From positions 47,430,001 through 47,494,000 of the forward strand of contig NW_027266265.1 of NCBI RefSeq assembly GCF_022045235.1: a DNA stretch of 64,000 nucleotides, read 5' to 3'. The number at the start of each line of letters is the position of its first letter. The first letter of the stretch is position 1. This document shows, piece by piece, positions 62,349 to 64,000 of this stretch. The stretch comes from Haliotis cracherodii. Lineage: Eukaryota. A model generated the notes under the pieces. It ran no database searches, was not told where the DNA came from, and was given only the letters and a program-made list of their open reading frames with translations. The position numbers were made by a program, and so were the translations under genes.

Positions 62349-63951
62349 TTGAACATAGTTTATATATATAAAATAATTACAGTAATAACATAAAGATGGC
62401 ATGTGAGAAATTAAACATAGAATAACCAAAAACAATAAAGACAAAAAACACATACTTTTTTGAGAAATATTAAGTTATTAATATAGAAATAATTATTGTA
62501 AAAAGTATTGTTATTAACAGATGAACATACATCACATAAAGTATATGTCGCGTATAGATAATATAAATCAATATGACACAAAGTTAAATATGTCTTAAAT
62601 AGCCGCATTTATATGATGCGAAGGAGAAATATTACCTTTTATATAAACAAATATAGATGTGTAAAAACGATGAACGGAAAGTATGGATAATCTGTGTTTA
62701 GAATTATATATGTTGTCAATAAAAATACTCCAATGTGTTAACTATAACGGCAGCTGATGCTACGTCAGTTGGCTGATATATCAATGATAATCATCCATCT
62801 GATGAAGAACCTGGTGTCAAAACGTATAAATTGTAAAGCATGCTGAAATAGTTATTACATAGATATTTGCTACGAAAATATGAATGACGTACTTTTGACT
62901 CACTGAAGAGAACATATATATTCTTTTGAATACCCTCCATCGTATAATATTTATTATCAAAATGTATGTTCATTCGCCGAAAGCAAAATGTGCCGTTGAT
63001 CTATTGTTTAATGTAGAACACACATTTTGTTTCATGGGCAATCGATGAATACTAAACAATTTGACATTGGTATTTTGAAAGAGGCTTTGATACTAGTATT
63101 CATAGCACTGATGACAAATAACAGTAAAGATGTGCATATAGAATAACATGCATACATAACTTTAGTTGATCATGTTCCCGTGATTGTTAGTTAACATGAT
63201 GCATTGATAGAATGAGTTTCTTATTGATACTAAAATAAATAAATACATAAGTATATGAATGAAGCTCTGGAAGGATAAAGCAAATATGACAGAATCTATA
63301 AAAAGGAAGCCATAGTCATGGTCATCAAAATGTTGATATTAAAGACATTGCACCTCCTGACCCCTATGTTAATAACAGTGGGCAAATATGAAAATGACAA
63401 TTTACAAAGTAATAAATCTAACACCGAGTTGACCACACATTTATGACCCCGTGAGCTGGCCTCAGGCCATGCTCGGACATAGAATGGACACGGACTGTCA
63501 ACGGAGGTGTCGCTTTCACCTGTTTACTTATGTAGATTTCAGCTGGATATTTGATGGACAGAAATATACATCTACAAGTAGCATTGTGCGTGAGCCTTCG
63601 TGTTTCACAGGTGTGGAGGCATTCAAGTACGTATTGGTGAAGGTCAAAGGTCACATATACATCATAATGTATGCACGCGAGGGGAGGAGTCTTCATGTGA
63701 ACCTTTGATGTGTTGGCCTTTAAGAATTACAATGTCCAAAGTGTAGTTTATGAGTCGGAAAAAGTATTTAAAATTTAACGAGATCACCAATAAACGACAG
63801 TAAGAATCTATCTGGAACAATGAAAGTTATTGAAACAAATCTTTACAAGGCTGGAAATGAAATTAACAAAGCTCATGTGTCAGTGGATTAAAATTTGATG
63901 ATGTTCACCCACAAAACTGAAAATAGGTTGGTTCTAAATCTTGTCCTCACT

Positions 63952-64000
<49 letters not shown>

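Overview
AT-rich (~40% GC) animal genomic DNA, most likely molluscan (the SINE repertoire suggests a gastropod such as abalone; this is inference). It is gene-poor, repeat-rich and has three N gaps. The only recognisable host coding sequence is one 252-bp minus-strand exon of an SRCAP/Domino (SWR1-family) chromatin-remodelling ATPase (54418-54669); I could not find its neighbouring exons. Mobile DNA includes: four dispersed SINE-like families sharing a related 3' tail (A: tRNA-Asp-like head; B: no tRNA head, with a sharply defined and apparently pseudoknotted 5' end; C: MetaSINE/RUDI type; D: V-domain-like with an over-long tRNA-Leu-like head); a 5'-truncated R4/Dong-type non-LTR retrotransposon inside a TAA microsatellite; a Tc1 (DD34E) remnant; several MITEs; and many mini- and microsatellites, which explain almost all long ORFs in the track. 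The best candidate for an under-described system is the structured 5' RNA module of family B. Repeat-poor stretches carry consensus nuclear-receptor elements (DR5, DR1), suggesting cis-regulatory DNA. No prokaryotic systems, CRISPR arrays, rRNA or intact tRNA genes are supported.
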